Below, one piece after another: positions 32,200 to 42,322 of a DNA stretch of 60,999 nt. Location: positions 1 through 60,999 of IMG/VR virus record IMGVR_UViG_3300004281_000002; one strand, written 5' to 3'. This stretch comes from a virus. Its lineage: Duplodnaviria > Caudoviricetes. The stretch's first letter is position 1. Each line of letters begins with the position of its first letter. The notes below the pieces were generated by a model. That model did not search any database, was not told the origin of the DNA, and saw only the letters and a list, made by a program, of their open reading frames with translations. The translations under genes and the position numbers were made by a program.

Positions 32200-34331
32200 C
32201 AGACGAATCCTCGTGGCTGCTCGGACGAGATCATGCCCTGGCGCATCAGCGGCACCGCGGGTTTTGGCTTGCGGATGATTCGACCATTGCGGTCTACCTG
32301 GGTGCCATCGGGCAGAGTGCCGCTCAGGTCCTTCCCGCCTCTCCTGGGCGGCAGCGTCGTGCTCGTGCTGGACGGCGTGGTCGTGCCCGTCGTCGTCGTG
32401 GACGAGGAGCCTTCTTGGCCCTCGAACAATGGCACAGCAGGCTTCGGCGGCTTGCCGCCACGTGCCTCACGCCCGCCTAGGCGGTGTAAGTCGCCGCGCC
32501 TCGGCGGCGGTCCTTTCGGCGGCGCTTTGGGCTTGGGCTGTTCGCCTTCGCCTTCTCGCGGAGGCTCGCCTGCCTCGGCTTCGCCAGACTCACGGGGCCG
32601 TTCACGAGGTTGCGGTGCCTGACCCGTGCGCTGCCGCTCGTATTTCGCACGCCGGATGAGCACTCGATCAACATAGCCCCCCGGCTCTTGCTCAAAATCA
32701 GCATCCGCATTGTCGGGACCACCGTTGTACGCTCCGAGTGCCAGGCGCACCTTGTCAGGCCGATCTCCGAATCGGCGCAGATGTTTCTCCAGCAGCGCGG
32801 CGCCATGCTCGATAGACGATGGCACATCGAACGGGTCAGCCAGACCTTCCTCCCGCGCCGTATCGTCCATGAATTGCATCGGTCCCTTCGCGCCCTTGGG
32901 ACTCACCGCGTGTGGGTTGAATCGCGATTCTTCTTCCATGACCGCTTGCAGCAGTCCGGGATACTGCTTCAGAATCGGATGACGCTCCTCGGCAGCGGCA
33001 AACTGCGGATCGAGCGGATTCACGAAGCCTCGTGGCGGCGTCGGGATGGGATCGCTCACGTGCGGGAAGCGGTAGCCACCAGAGCCAGGTCCTTCTCGCT
33101 CCAAATCCTCGGGCTTCGTCTCGACCCGTGGCGTAGTCGGATGGCGCTCGTAGAACGGCTCGTGGCGTGGCAGCTTGCCTTCGGCTTCCAGCCGCGCCCG
33201 CAGTTTGTCGGCCATCGCGGTCACCATCGGATCGGGCGGGTGGCCGCCATAACCCATGCGCGACAAGTCTTCGAGTGCGTCGTACAGCCGCGCCTGCTCC
33301 TCCGGCGTCGCGGCTTGCATGAAGCGGTCGTAGATTTTGAGGACCTCGGGCTCGGACTTATACATCGCGATGCCGTGCAGCACGGCGACCGCTCTCGCCG
33401 CCGGGCCGTTCGGGTCCTTCGCCGCTTCGAGTTCGAGCCCCGCCATCGTCGCCCCGACCGTCTTGCCGAAGCCAGGCGGGTAGCGCTCGAACGCCCCAGG
33501 CGGCATGTTGCGGGTGAGTGCCGGCGCGATGCTGTGATAGAACTTCTCGGGGTCGCGCAGCGAGGGCACGAATTGCCCGAACATGCCGAGGTTCTTCGCC
33601 TCGCGGGCTTCTTCCTCGCTGAAGCCGACTTCCTTCGCGTGCTCTTCCCGGAACCAGTTTTGGTACGGATCGGGCACACCGATGATGTTCCCCAGGTGAT
33701 GCGCAAACCGACTCGATCCCAGCTCGCCCAATGCGGAGAGCGCCTTCCGCGGCAGCGCCTTCACGTACGACAGCGCGCTGTTCTCGGGTGTGTCGGGTGT
33801 CTGCGCCGTGCCGCTCGGCGGCGGCGTGTTGGCATCCTTCGTGGCCGGCGGCCCCGCATTGGTCGTGTTGACTTGCGTGGGCAGCGCCGGCTTCGAGCCC
33901 GCGGGCTGCTTCGAGGGCACCACGTCCTGCTTATTCGTGCCGGGGCTCGCCTCGCCCGTCGAGCTAACGGGCTTGTAAAGCGGCCCCTCTGATTGCTGCT
34001 CGACGTTCCCGCTCTGCCCGCTCGACGGCTTGACACTATAGTCCGTCTCGTCGTGCACTTGCGTGTCGGCCTTCTGCACGTTCGCGCTCGTGTCCGAGCT
34101 AGGCGGCGTCTGCTGCAAGCGGGCTTCCTGTGCCGCTTGATCGGCTTTGTACTGCTGGCGGAGCGCCTCGTCCTCCTGCTCCTGGCTGCGCATCCAGCTG
34201 CCGAGCGCTCCAATGCCGTAGCCGATGTTCGTCATCGCACCGATGCGGCTCTGCCCACGCGCCAGATTAACGCGTGCTAGCTCGCCCAGCGCGGTGACAT
34301 CTTCCTCCCAAGGAATCGCAACGTTCGCCAT
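32199..34331 (-). CDS. Internal virion protein with soluble lytic transglycosylase (SLT) domain
   Basis: AVMEEESRFNPHAVSPKGAKGPMQFM...ALGAYNGGP. Confidence 0.9.
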   Translation of the reverse strand: MANVAIPWEEDVTALGELARVNLARGQSRIGAMTNIGYGIGALGSWMRSQEQEDEALRQQYKADQAAQEARLQQTPPSSDTSANVQKADTQVHDETDYSVKPSSGQSGNVEQQSEGPLYKPVSSTGEASPGTNKQDVVPSKQPAGSKPALPTQVNTTNAGPPATKDANTPPPSGTAQTPDTPENSALSYVKALPRKALSALGELGSSRFAHHLGNIIGVPDPYQNWFREEHAKEVGFSEEEAREAKNLGMFGQFVPSLRDPEKFYHSIAPALTRNMPPGAFERYPPGFGKTVGATMAGLELEAAKDPNGPAARAVAVLHGIAMYKSEPEVLKIYDRFMQAATPEEQARLYDALEDLSRMGYGGHPPDPMVTAMADKLRARLEAEGKLPRHEPFYERHPTTPRVETKPEDLEREGPGSGGYRFPHVSDPIPTPPRGFVNPLDPQFAAAEERHPILKQYPGLLQAVMEEESRFNPHAVSPKGAKGPMQFMDDTAREEGLADPFDVPSSIEHGAALLEKHLRRFGDRPDKVRLALGAYNGGPDNADADFEQEPGGYVDRVLIRRAKYERQRTGQAPQPRERPRESGEAEAGEPPREGEGEQPKPKAPPKGPPPRRGDLHRLGGREARGGKPPKPAVPLFEGQEGSSSTTTTGTTTPSSTSTTLPPRRGGKDLSGTLPDGTQVDRNGRIIRKPKPAVPLMRQGMISSEQPRGFV

Positions 34332-35248
34332 CAGTACGCCGCCCACGGAATGGTGGACGTGACAAGTCCTGCCGGCTGCTCAGAGAGCACGCGCTGTGCC
34401 CACGCGCGTTTCGCCGGATCGGCCAGGACGCCAGAGGCGAGCAATCCCTTGTTCGCCGGATCGGAATACGCCCCCATCGCCTGGCCCGTGAAGCCGCCGC
34501 CAGTTGATGCTGGCAGGCCCGTGCCGCCACCACCACCGCCACCACCGCCGCCACCCGAGGTCATGCTGCCTGCTTCCCGCCGGGCGAGTCCACCCAGCAT
34601 GGAGCCCCAGCTGTTCGTGTTGCCACCACCCGTGCCCATAAAGCCATGCATGAAATCGCCGCCGAAACTCGACGCGCCAGGACCACCGGCTCCGGCTGCC
34701 GCTGAGCTGGCCCCTGCTTCGGAGCCAGCCGCGGCAGCCTCTCCAGCACCCGCACCAGCAGCACTGCCGGCTCCCGCTCCTGCCGCCGCTCCACCCATGC
34801 CGTACGTTGCTGCCATCCGGACCAGCACGCCCACCGAATGCGCGAGGGACGATTCCGCCTGTGCTTGGCGCACGTCCCGTTGCATGTTGGCGATCGCTGC
34901 TCGATCCGTGGTGTTCCACACCCGAGAGCCGGGCGCCCCCTGTCCAGTAGGTCGAGGCACTTGGCCGCTCGTTCCACCAGGAGCGGGCGGCGTCTGTGTC
35001 TGTGGGGGGCCTTGATCCGAAGCCGCCGACGCCCTCGCGAGCTGCGCCAGTGCTCCGGAATGCGCTGCATCTGGTAAGCCGGTCGGCTTCTGCGGTGTTG
35101 GCGGGAATAGCTCCTGCCGTTCCGGCCTGTCGATACTGGTCGACGGACTCTCGAACGTGATGTCCGAGGGCACGTCCGGTTGACCCAGGCTGTGCAGGTA
35201 TTGCCGCTCCTGCGTATCGGGGCTCGTGAAGAGATCGAAGAAGCCCAT
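34331..35248 (-). CDS. Gly/Ala-rich internal virion (ejection) protein
   Basis: Composition and position typical of podovirus DNA-pilot proteins; TGATG coupling. Confidence 0.7.
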   Translation of the reverse strand: MGFFDLFTSPDTQERQYLHSLGQPDVPSDITFESPSTSIDRPERQELFPPTPQKPTGLPDAAHSGALAQLARASAASDQGPPQTQTPPAPGGTSGQVPRPTGQGAPGSRVWNTTDRAAIANMQRDVRQAQAESSLAHSVGVLVRMAATYGMGGAAAGAGAGSAAGAGAGEAAAAGSEAGASSAAAGAGGPGASSFGGDFMHGFMGTGGGNTNSWGSMLGGLARREAGSMTSGGGGGGGGGGGTGLPASTGGGFTGQAMGAYSDPANKGLLASGVLADPAKRAWAQRVLSEQPAGLVTSTIPWAAY

Positions 35249-36327
35249 CAGCCCTTCCCCGTGAGACCACCAGCCAAGCCACCGATGATGCCGCCAGTGA
35301 TCTCCAAGCCGCTCGGCTTCGCGGCTGCCGCTGCCTTGCGGGCGTCCTCGCGAGCCTGTGCCGCTTGCCGCTGGCCCTCGGTGTACGTCACGTCGAATTG
35401 CCGCTGGTTCTCACTGAGGGCTGCAAGGTCGGTTAGGCCGGTCTGAATCTGGCCGGCACGCGTCACGTCCGCGTTGATGTTCTGCTCACGGGCGCGCTCT
35501 TGCGTGCCCATGACTCCCGCAGCCTGGTTCTCCCAATCCATTTGCCGCTGGATGTCTGCGAGCGTGGTCTGCCGGCCCGCTTCTGCGAGGCCGGCTTCCT
35601 CCTGCGCCGTGAGCCCCGCCATGCGACCCGCGGCGACGCCCGAGCGTGGATCGATCCCCGCTGCCGCTTCCCGCGACGCTTCGTCCTGCTCCGCCTGGAG
35701 CGCTCGCGCCTTGAGCGGCGTTGCCTGCTCGTTGAAGACAGTCTCCTTCTCCGCAGGCGTGAGACCCGTCACCTGGCCCGTCACCGGATCGATGTGCTTC
35801 CCAACCGTCTGCTGCCACGCGGTGCCCTGTGGCGTGACTTCAGGGTGATAGTTCACGATCGGCTGGCCCGTGGTCGGATCGTACTGCTGGCCCATGTAGC
35901 CAGTCATTGTGTCCTGAGCCTGCTGATAGCCCAGGTCCTTCGATGCCTGGCGCAAGAACGCCATCTTGCGGAATGCCGGTCCCTGGCCCTGGAGCATGCG
36001 GCCAATGAACCGCGCCGGATGCTTCACGTACTTGAGCGCACCGGGCGGCAGATTCAGCGCTTGCTCAGCTGCCGCAGACTGCCCTGCAATCGCCCCTTGC
36101 CGCGCTTGTTTCACACTCGCGCGAAGTGCCGGGCCACGCAGTCCTTGAGCACGTCCTGCTTGCCGCGCCGCCTTCGCTGCCTCCGCGGGATTCTGACCGG
36201 GCAGTCCGAAGGCCGACGGATACTTCCCGTCCTTTGGCGTACCCTGCCACCAATCTCCGGTGCCGCCGCCCCCACCGCCTCCACCACCACGTGCGCGGGC
36301 AGCTATCTGCTTTGTCTTTTTCGCCAT
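35248..36327 (-). CDS. Internal virion (ejection) protein, Gln/Ala-rich
   Basis: Ends GGIIGGLAGGL; follows the nozzle gene. Confidence 0.7.
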   Translation of the reverse strand: MAKKTKQIAARARGGGGGGGGGTGDWWQGTPKDGKYPSAFGLPGQNPAEAAKAARQAGRAQGLRGPALRASVKQARQGAIAGQSAAAEQALNLPPGALKYVKHPARFIGRMLQGQGPAFRKMAFLRQASKDLGYQQAQDTMTGYMGQQYDPTTGQPIVNYHPEVTPQGTAWQQTVGKHIDPVTGQVTGLTPAEKETVFNEQATPLKARALQAEQDEASREAAAGIDPRSGVAAGRMAGLTAQEEAGLAEAGRQTTLADIQRQMDWENQAAGVMGTQERAREQNINADVTRAGQIQTGLTDLAALSENQRQFDVTYTEGQRQAAQAREDARKAAAAAKPSGLEITGGIIGGLAGGLTGKG

Positions 36328-36334
36328 CGCGGCC

Positions 36335-38899
36335 TCACGGATTCGGCACGTTGATTATGGTGGGACGAGCATCGACGTACTTGAATCTCCGCCAGACCGC
36401 TTGCACCGGCAATGTCTGGAACCAGTACGTCCAGCCGAGAATGCGATAGTAGGAGTTCAGGTCCTGCTCCTTGAAGACCCACTCGTGATGATGCCCGGGC
36501 GCACTGATAAGCGCAGAGACGGTATCGAATGCCGGCACGGGCACGCCCATGAGATCGATCTGATTCGAGTCCATCGTGCCGACGCCCTGCACGAAGGAGA
36601 GATTGACCGTGAACGGTCCCACCATCCAGTCGGTCCCGACGACGAACCACGGCGCCGCCGCATTCATCTGCTGCACCTGGAGATCGATCGCACGGCCCCG
36701 TGCTGCAATGCCCCGCCCTGCCGGGCTCAGCCGCAATGGTCCCATCCGCACGCCCATCGCCTTGCAGCCATAATCCGCCTGCCCGATGTCGAGCTGTGCG
36801 ACGTAACCCCCATCGATCCCGACGAAGTTCGCGCTGTCCACGTGGGCACCAGGGGACCAGTAGAAGTTCACGACACCACGGAAAACCGCCGGGTCATAGC
36901 GGGCAATGCACGAGCAGCGTGGACCGGAAGGTGGCAGCGGCATGGGAGCATCGTCTGGCGTGCTCGCAATCCATTGCATCCAGCCGAACGGCTCACCCTC
37001 GACGCTCGACTCGAATTGGAGCACGAGACAGCGCATCGTGGTTTCCCAAAAGCGGACTTGCCGCTTGGCACGGAAGTAGACACCATGCCCCACGCGCTGC
37101 TCCACACTGTTGTCGTATTGCGCTTGCACCAGCTCATCGATCGGCAAGGAGAGCCGCTGCGACTTGAATCCTTCCGCCTGCCCTTGAAAGCGATTCAACT
37201 CGTAGATGGCTTCCTGACCCCGGTAGATCACTTCGTCATGGTCGATCACGATTTGCCGTTGTGTCCGACACCCACACGCCGTCTGGTCCTGACGGAAGTG
37301 CAGCGGCTCGATCTTGATGTCCGGTGGAATGCCAGTGATGCGCCAGACCGAGCGCTCCTTGAAGACCAGCACGGAATCGAAGAAGGACGCGATGCCCGTC
37401 AGCACGTCACCGTCGTCATAGGCCACAAAGATTTGGTTGTTGATCGGCCAGCTCTCCCCCTTGAGTCGGCCCGTCGCCAGATCAGGCTGGTCGGAATAGT
37501 TCACCGCATTGGCGACACGATCGATCCCGATGAGCCGGTTTGCCTGACCCCAAATGGTCAGGATCGAGATGTTCGACGGAATGCAGTTATCGAGGAGGTC
37601 GCGCATCTGTGTGCCGAGTCCCTCGTCTGCGGTGTAATCGTAGACCACCACCGTGCTACCCGCACCAGGATTCGTGATCGTGCTGGAGGGCGCGGCAGTC
37701 GGACTCCCGACCAAAACGTTGAGCACACGGTACCACGCACCACCACCATTCATGCTCGTCCGGTACACACGCACCTGATCGCACTGCGGATCGGGAGAGC
37801 CGGGAATGGTCAGCGACGCACCGTTATTCGGTGCGGTGCCAATCACCACCGCAGCTTCCGGACCACCCTCGGATTCCTGGCCCGTCTTGGAATTGTAGTA
37901 ACGCGTGCGGTACTTGTAGGTCTGCCCGGAGACAAGTCCGCTGGCAGGCGTAGTGACAACGTTCCCGGCGGAAGCAGTCGCGCTTTGATAAGGCGGCCTG
38001 AGACCCATGCGCCAGCCCTTCACTGGCGAGCCGATAGTCAGCGGAGTGTCCTGACGCATGGCAATCGCCGTAGTCGGCCATTTATGTCCCGCGCCGTCTT
38101 GCTGAAGTCCGCCGGTCATGTAGGTCATATTCCCGTACTGCACGAATTCGGGAGGCGGATCAGCGAGACCCGTGTGCAAGGATGACAGGGTAACCTGCTG
38201 CCCAACCGTGGGCACGGCTGGTAACGCAGGCGAAAACGCAAAGACACCCAGGTAGCTGCCCGTGATCTGCACGCTGTAAGACACGCCTGCAAAGGTGATC
38301 CAATCCCCTACCGAGATAGCCTGTGGCGTCGAGAATGCCGCCGCGCTCGGATTGCCAGCATAGGCCGTCGCCACAGTCACGACGGGGAAGTTCAACGTCG
38401 GGGCGATAGGGGTCTGCCCGGCGAGTATCTTGTAAGGCTGGCAGTTCACCGCAGCCCACAGCGTCATGTCGCCGTTGCGGAATACACCCTGGAAGAGCGT
38501 TTGAATTTCAGCTGGTGCCGGGAAGCCCTGAATCACCTGGGTGCCAATCGCCGTATTGCTCGCGGTCGGCGCATCGAGCCCAGGCGAAATCTGAAGTGTC
38601 TTCGCGCCGTGACTCACGACCGTATGCACGGTCGAGAGGATGTAGACCGACTGTCCATTCACGAAGCCATTGCCGTCGTTCACTGCCAGCGTGGTCGCTC
38701 CCGATACGGCGGGCGCGGTGAGGAACGTGGCATAGCCGTTCACCAGCTGCGAGCCGCCGCGCTTCCCGAGTGCACCACCGTAAGCATCGATGTTGTCGAG
38801 TGCAGCAAAATAGGAGAGGTCGTCCAGCTCCATCTGGCGACGTGCGAGGAGTCCCTTGAAGTCGGGACCACCCTGGATTTTCGCCCAATCGATCGACAC
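36335..38899 (-). CDS. Tail nozzle / head-closure protein (P22 gp10 / T7 gp12-like position)
   Basis: 854 aa, beta-rich; N-terminal FKGL...DNID...GALGKRGG; DGDVLTGI...LVFKERSVWRITG beta-propeller-like segment. Confidence 0.75.
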   Translation of the reverse strand: MSIDWAKIQGGPDFKGLLARRQMELDDLSYFAALDNIDAYGGALGKRGGSQLVNGYATFLTAPAVSGATTLAVNDGNGFVNGQSVYILSTVHTVVSHGAKTLQISPGLDAPTASNTAIGTQVIQGFPAPAEIQTLFQGVFRNGDMTLWAAVNCQPYKILAGQTPIAPTLNFPVVTVATAYAGNPSAAAFSTPQAISVGDWITFAGVSYSVQITGSYLGVFAFSPALPAVPTVGQQVTLSSLHTGLADPPPEFVQYGNMTYMTGGLQQDGAGHKWPTTAIAMRQDTPLTIGSPVKGWRMGLRPPYQSATASAGNVVTTPASGLVSGQTYKYRTRYYNSKTGQESEGGPEAAVVIGTAPNNGASLTIPGSPDPQCDQVRVYRTSMNGGGAWYRVLNVLVGSPTAAPSSTITNPGAGSTVVVYDYTADEGLGTQMRDLLDNCIPSNISILTIWGQANRLIGIDRVANAVNYSDQPDLATGRLKGESWPINNQIFVAYDDGDVLTGIASFFDSVLVFKERSVWRITGIPPDIKIEPLHFRQDQTACGCRTQRQIVIDHDEVIYRGQEAIYELNRFQGQAEGFKSQRLSLPIDELVQAQYDNSVEQRVGHGVYFRAKRQVRFWETTMRCLVLQFESSVEGEPFGWMQWIASTPDDAPMPLPPSGPRCSCIARYDPAVFRGVVNFYWSPGAHVDSANFVGIDGGYVAQLDIGQADYGCKAMGVRMGPLRLSPAGRGIAARGRAIDLQVQQMNAAAPWFVVGTDWMVGPFTVNLSFVQGVGTMDSNQIDLMGVPVPAFDTVSALISAPGHHHEWVFKEQDLNSYYRILGWTYWFQTLPVQAVWRRFKYVDARPTIINVPNP

Positions 38900-38951
38900 T
38901 ACGCAGCCTTCTTCCAGCGAAGCCGTTTCAGGAACGCCGGCCAGAGCGAAC

Positions 38952-39911
38952 TCATCCCAAACCCCACAAGCCAGAATCGAGCGACTCGCTATTCTGGCCC
39001 GAGAGCGGTTCGAGGTCCTGCATCAGCTCGGACTTGAGCAGCTGAGCCTTCTGAAGCCAGCTAGAGGCTTCCGTATCGTTGACGGCTCGGAGGTACATGG
39101 AGATCGCGTAGAACAGCAGCATGTCCTGGTGCTCGGCCACGATCGGATCGATGATCTCGGTCAGGTTCACCAGGCGCGGCGGGCGGTACTGGTACCAGAG
39201 CTGCCCGGTGGTATCCTGGGTCGGCGGATTGGCGCAGCGGATGATGACCCGGCGAAGTGCCGTGACCGTGAGCGCCGTTGGGACCGTTGTGGTAATCGCC
39301 GGATTGAGTGCCAGCGCCGTGCCACTCGCTGTCGTGACCACTCCGTAGTATGGCTCCGTGAGAGTGGGCTGTGGCGTCGCAGCAACCGTGCTCATGATGC
39401 TACGAGCCGGCAACGGAAGCGTGACGAACGTGCCCGCCGGGAAGTTCGTGATGTCCTGCACATTCACGTGGAAATTCAGTGGCGGCGTCCCTCCAGTCGT
39501 CGTGGTCGTCAGACCGGGGAATTTACCTTGAAGCACGTCGTAGAGGATCGTGTTAAACGTGCCCGTCTGCTGCATCAACTCGGCGGCTTCGTACTCGCTA
39601 TGATAGAGCGCCCGGTAGCGGAAGAGGATAGCGGTGTTCCGCCCGCTCTGCTGCGCCGTCAGCCGGGTAGGACGGAGCAGCGGCGGGTCGAGCAGTGAGA
39701 CATCTACCTCACGCGTGTTGGCCTTGAGCGTAAAGTTGTTCACGTAAGAGGCAAACATCTCGGAGCGCACGGAGGCAATCGCCCGGATGGTCTCCTTGTA
39801 GCCGAAGTTCAAGGCCCCAACGATCTCGCCGTCGTACGCCGGGCGTGAGTGGTCCGTCACCGCACGGAGCGCGGTGTAGAGATCGTTCACGCTGGTGAAC
39901 GGCACGCCCAC
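38952..39911 (-). CDS. Head-tail adaptor-like protein
   Basis: Helical termini (ALNFGYKE; EHQDMLLFYA); immediately upstream of the nozzle gene. Confidence 0.65.
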   Translation of the reverse strand: MGVPFTSVNDLYTALRAVTDHSRPAYDGEIVGALNFGYKETIRAIASVRSEMFASYVNNFTLKANTREVDVSLLDPPLLRPTRLTAQQSGRNTAILFRYRALYHSEYEAAELMQQTGTFNTILYDVLQGKFPGLTTTTTGGTPPLNFHVNVQDITNFPAGTFVTLPLPARSIMSTVAATPQPTLTEPYYGVVTTASGTALALNPAITTTVPTALTVTALRRVIIRCANPPTQDTTGQLWYQYRPPRLVNLTEIIDPIVAEHQDMLLFYAISMYLRAVNDTEASSWLQKAQLLKSELMQDLEPLSGQNSESLDSGLWGLG

Positions 39912-40114
39912 TAGCGGCGACCGACGTTACGCCCGAAGCGCGGATAGGCCCGCGGGAACGTGTCTGTGCTCTCGCGTTGCGCGTAATCCCGAGTGAGTGG
40001 CGGCTGCTGATCGACTGGCGGCTTCGCACTCGCGCCCCCACGGCTCGCAATCCTTCCGATCGTCTTGACGAGCCCACGGCCACCCTTGCTGTCATCGCCC
40101 ATGACGTTTGCCAT
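39911..40114 (-). CDS. Small basic protein (67 aa)
   Basis: TGATG coupling. Confidence 0.65.
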   Translation of the reverse strand: MANVMGDDSKGGRGLVKTIGRIASRGGASAKPPVDQQPPLTRDYAQRESTDTFPRAYPRFGRNVGRR

Positions 40115-40323
40115 CAGCGCTTCACCAGGCGACCGAACATCCGCTTGCCGCCGCCGTGCTCGAAGTTCGAGGGACCGCCGCCGCCCTTGCGGAAGGCAGA
40201 CGACGCACGCGGATTGATGTCCCGCTTCATGATCGGTCCCGCCATGCCGCCGCCACCGTTGCCCCCGCTGGACGATGTGTTTCCTGCCGTGGGCGCCATC
40301 GGCGCCGCATAGCCCTTGCTCAT
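40114..40323 (-). CDS. Small basic Gly-rich protein (69 aa)
   Basis: GAGGAG RBS. Confidence 0.65.
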   Translation of the reverse strand: MSKGYAAPMAPTAGNTSSSGGNGGGGMAGPIMKRDINPRASSAFRKGGGGPSNFEHGGGKRMFGRLVKR

Positions 40324-40472
40324 TTCCGTGCTCCTCCTCGGTTCAGAGTCCGCTCCGGTCGCTTGAGAAATTTCTTCTCCTCACGCTCCGCCTCCGCGTG
40401 CGTCTTGCCTTTCTTCATGAGGTTCATTTCGAGGCGTTCGGCCGCTTCGATCTTCTCGGATACATCGGTCAT
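40320..40472 (-). CDS. 50-aa charged protein, absent from the ORF track (MTDVSEKIEAAER...)
   Basis: Hand translation; fills the gap with an ATGA overlap. Confidence 0.6.
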   Translation of the reverse strand: MTDVSEKIEAAERLEMNLMKKGKTHAEAEREEKKFLKRPERTLNRGGARK

Positions 40473-41090
40473 TCAGCCCCCGATCCCCAGCCGAGCTTGC
40501 ATCCGCTGCTCTTCCATGTGCTGGCGCCACTCGTCCGTCGCCGTGCTCGGCGCCTCGTTCAGCTCGTACTCACGCTCAGGTATCTCGGAGACATCCGCGA
40601 TCGGTCGAGTCCCGTACTCCCGAATTGCCTCCGAGACACTTCGCGTGGCAGGCCCGGGTTGGAATTCATGCATGTGGTCGAGCATGATCCGCACCCTGTC
40701 GTTGTCTTCCTTGCTGATATCGGTCCCATACACATCACCGCTCTCCGTGATCCTCACCCGACCTGAGCGCGCGAGGTCATTCAGTGTAGCGTCCGCCGCA
40801 TCCAGGTACTCTTGCGGCGAGTTGAAATCGTAGGGGTTGGTAGCTCGATCCAGTCCGCTAAGACCACGGTCACTTGCACGGGCGATCCGGGCTTGCCGGT
40901 CGTGCTCGTGTTGCGCAAGTTCACCCAAAGTCTCCCCGCGGCGGCGTCCGAGCACCTCCGGGCGCACCTCCGGACCAGCAATCGGAGGCTTATCACTGCC
41001 CTCCGCAGGCACGTCGGCCATCCCGAAGTCCGTTGGATCAGGAGCCGGCTCATCGCTGCCTGCTGCCGGTGAGCGCTGCGGCCATGCCAT
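40473..41090 (-). CDS. Acidic hypothetical protein (205 aa)
   Basis: Start abuts the upstream stop. Confidence 0.7.
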   Translation of the reverse strand: MAWPQRSPAAGSDEPAPDPTDFGMADVPAEGSDKPPIAGPEVRPEVLGRRRGETLGELAQHEHDRQARIARASDRGLSGLDRATNPYDFNSPQEYLDAADATLNDLARSGRVRITESGDVYGTDISKEDNDRVRIMLDHMHEFQPGPATRSVSEAIREYGTRPIADVSEIPEREYELNEAPSTATDEWRQHMEEQRMQARLGIGG

Positions 41091-41267
41091 CTAGCGTCGT
41101 ACCTGTCGACCCTTCGCCCGTGCCGGCAGCCCCTTGCGCGGCGTCGACGCAAAGTCCCGGAGCTGCTTGATGCTCATGTCGGGATCACCAGCACGCGGAT
41201 GCCCGGCTTTCGCCCGGGCATACGCCGCGCCCATGAACATTTGCTGACTAGCGGATACGGACGGCAT
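41091..41267 (-). CDS. DUF3008-like small protein (58 aa)
   Basis: MPSVSASQQMFMGAA...MSIKQLRDFASTPRKGLP matches the DUF3008 pattern. Confidence 0.8.
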   Translation of the reverse strand: MPSVSASQQMFMGAAYARAKAGHPRAGDPDMSIKQLRDFASTPRKGLPARAKGRQVRR

Positions 41268-41658
41268 GCCGCACCTTCCAATCCTTCCAGCGCTTGCCCG
41301 GCTGACGCTGGTAGCATAGCGAACAGAGACCGCCTCCCAAATGCTTACGATCAGTCGTTCCGCATTCCCGACATGCCATGTGCTGCTTTGTCCAAGTTGA
41401 AATACGATGATGCATCGCAACGTGCGCGCCGGCTGTCATCAATTCCAGATTCCCCGGCTCATTATTCAATGTATTTTCGTCCCGATGGTGCACGATCTCC
41501 CCGGACCGCAATGGACGGCCTAAGAGTGCCTCCATTACAACACGGTGCTCATAACGCCACCGACGATGCCCAGCGACCTTGATCGTCCAATAGGCAATCC
41601 CCTGCCGCGATGTCTGCAAGCGCCGCTGCCCAAGAGGAGCACGGGTGCCAGTTGGCAT
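41248..41658 (-). CDS. HNH homing endonuclease (HNH_3 type)
   Basis: YEHRVVMEALLGRPL...EIVHHRDENTLNNEPGNLELM...H; C-terminal CREC/CSLC; visibly lower GC. Confidence 0.9.
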   Translation of the reverse strand: MPTGTRAPLGQRRLQTSRQGIAYWTIKVAGHRRWRYEHRVVMEALLGRPLRSGEIVHHRDENTLNNEPGNLELMTAGAHVAMHHRISTWTKQHMACRECGTTDRKHLGGGLCSLCYQRQPGKRWKDWKVRHAVRIR

Positions 41659-41659
41659 C

Positions 41660-41887
41660 TTAGCGCCCCATCGATCGCGAGATCGGACGGATCGTGAACG
41701 GGCGCGTCCAGCGCTCCTTGTTCTGCTCTTCGAGCTGCTGGCTGCGCTCGTTCTCGCGCTCGAAGCCCCGCGCCTCCCGCTCGTCCTGGGTCAAGTTCCG
41801 ATCCGGTGACTGCTTGTCGATCCAGGTACGACCCTCAGTATAGTCCTGCTCACCAGCCGAGGGCTTTATGATGATGATATCCGGCAT
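41660..41887 (-). CDS. Hypothetical protein (75 aa)
   Basis: GAGGAG RBS. Confidence 0.65.
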   Translation of the reverse strand: MPDIIIIKPSAGEQDYTEGRTWIDKQSPDRNLTQDEREARGFERENERSQQLEEQNKERWTRPFTIRPISRSMGR

Positions 41888-41956
41888 TTACGTCTCCTCG
41901 GAGGCGTCCATGGTTTGTCCCGTGGGCGTCCGCGGGAATCGAGATCGTCGCTGCGT

Positions 41957-42142
41957 TCAACGACGGTGAAAGCTACGCAGGGTCCGGGCGAGGTTTGCTT
42001 GCCTCTTGGTCTGCGTGGACGCTCCCGAACTCTTTGCGAGTACCTTGCTGGCATACGCCTGCGTCCCCATGCCTGCGGCCTTCGCCTTCCGCGTGAACGC
42101 ACCGGGGCGCTTGATCGCCCCGGCTATCCACTTGTCCGCCAT
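41957..42142 (-). CDS. Small basic phage protein (KWIAGAIKRPGA...ANLARTL)
   Basis: Recurrent basic motif in podovirus head clusters; AAGGAG RBS. Confidence 0.8.
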   Translation of the reverse strand: MADKWIAGAIKRPGAFTRKAKAAGMGTQAYASKVLAKSSGASTQTKRQANLARTLRSFHRR

Positions 42143-42145
42143 GGG

Positions 42146-42322
42146 TTACTCCTTCGGTTCGGACTCCGTGACCGGCGGCGGTGGCTCCTCGGGCTTGGCA
42201 TTGGGATCGAAGCCCTCGGGTGGCGGCGGATTGGTCAGACCGCTCGGCGCACGGCCCGGATCGGGCGGCGGCTGCTCGGCCAGCTTCTCGTCCTTCTCGT
42301 CCTCCATTACGCTACCCTCCAT
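42146..42322 (-). CDS. 58-aa Pro/Glu-rich protein
   Basis: Hand translation MEGSVMEDEKDEKLAEQPPPDP...EPKE; fills the gap. Confidence 0.55.
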   Translation of the reverse strand: MEGSVMEDEKDEKLAEQPPPDPGRAPSGLTNPPPPEGFDPNAKPEEPPPPVTESEPKE

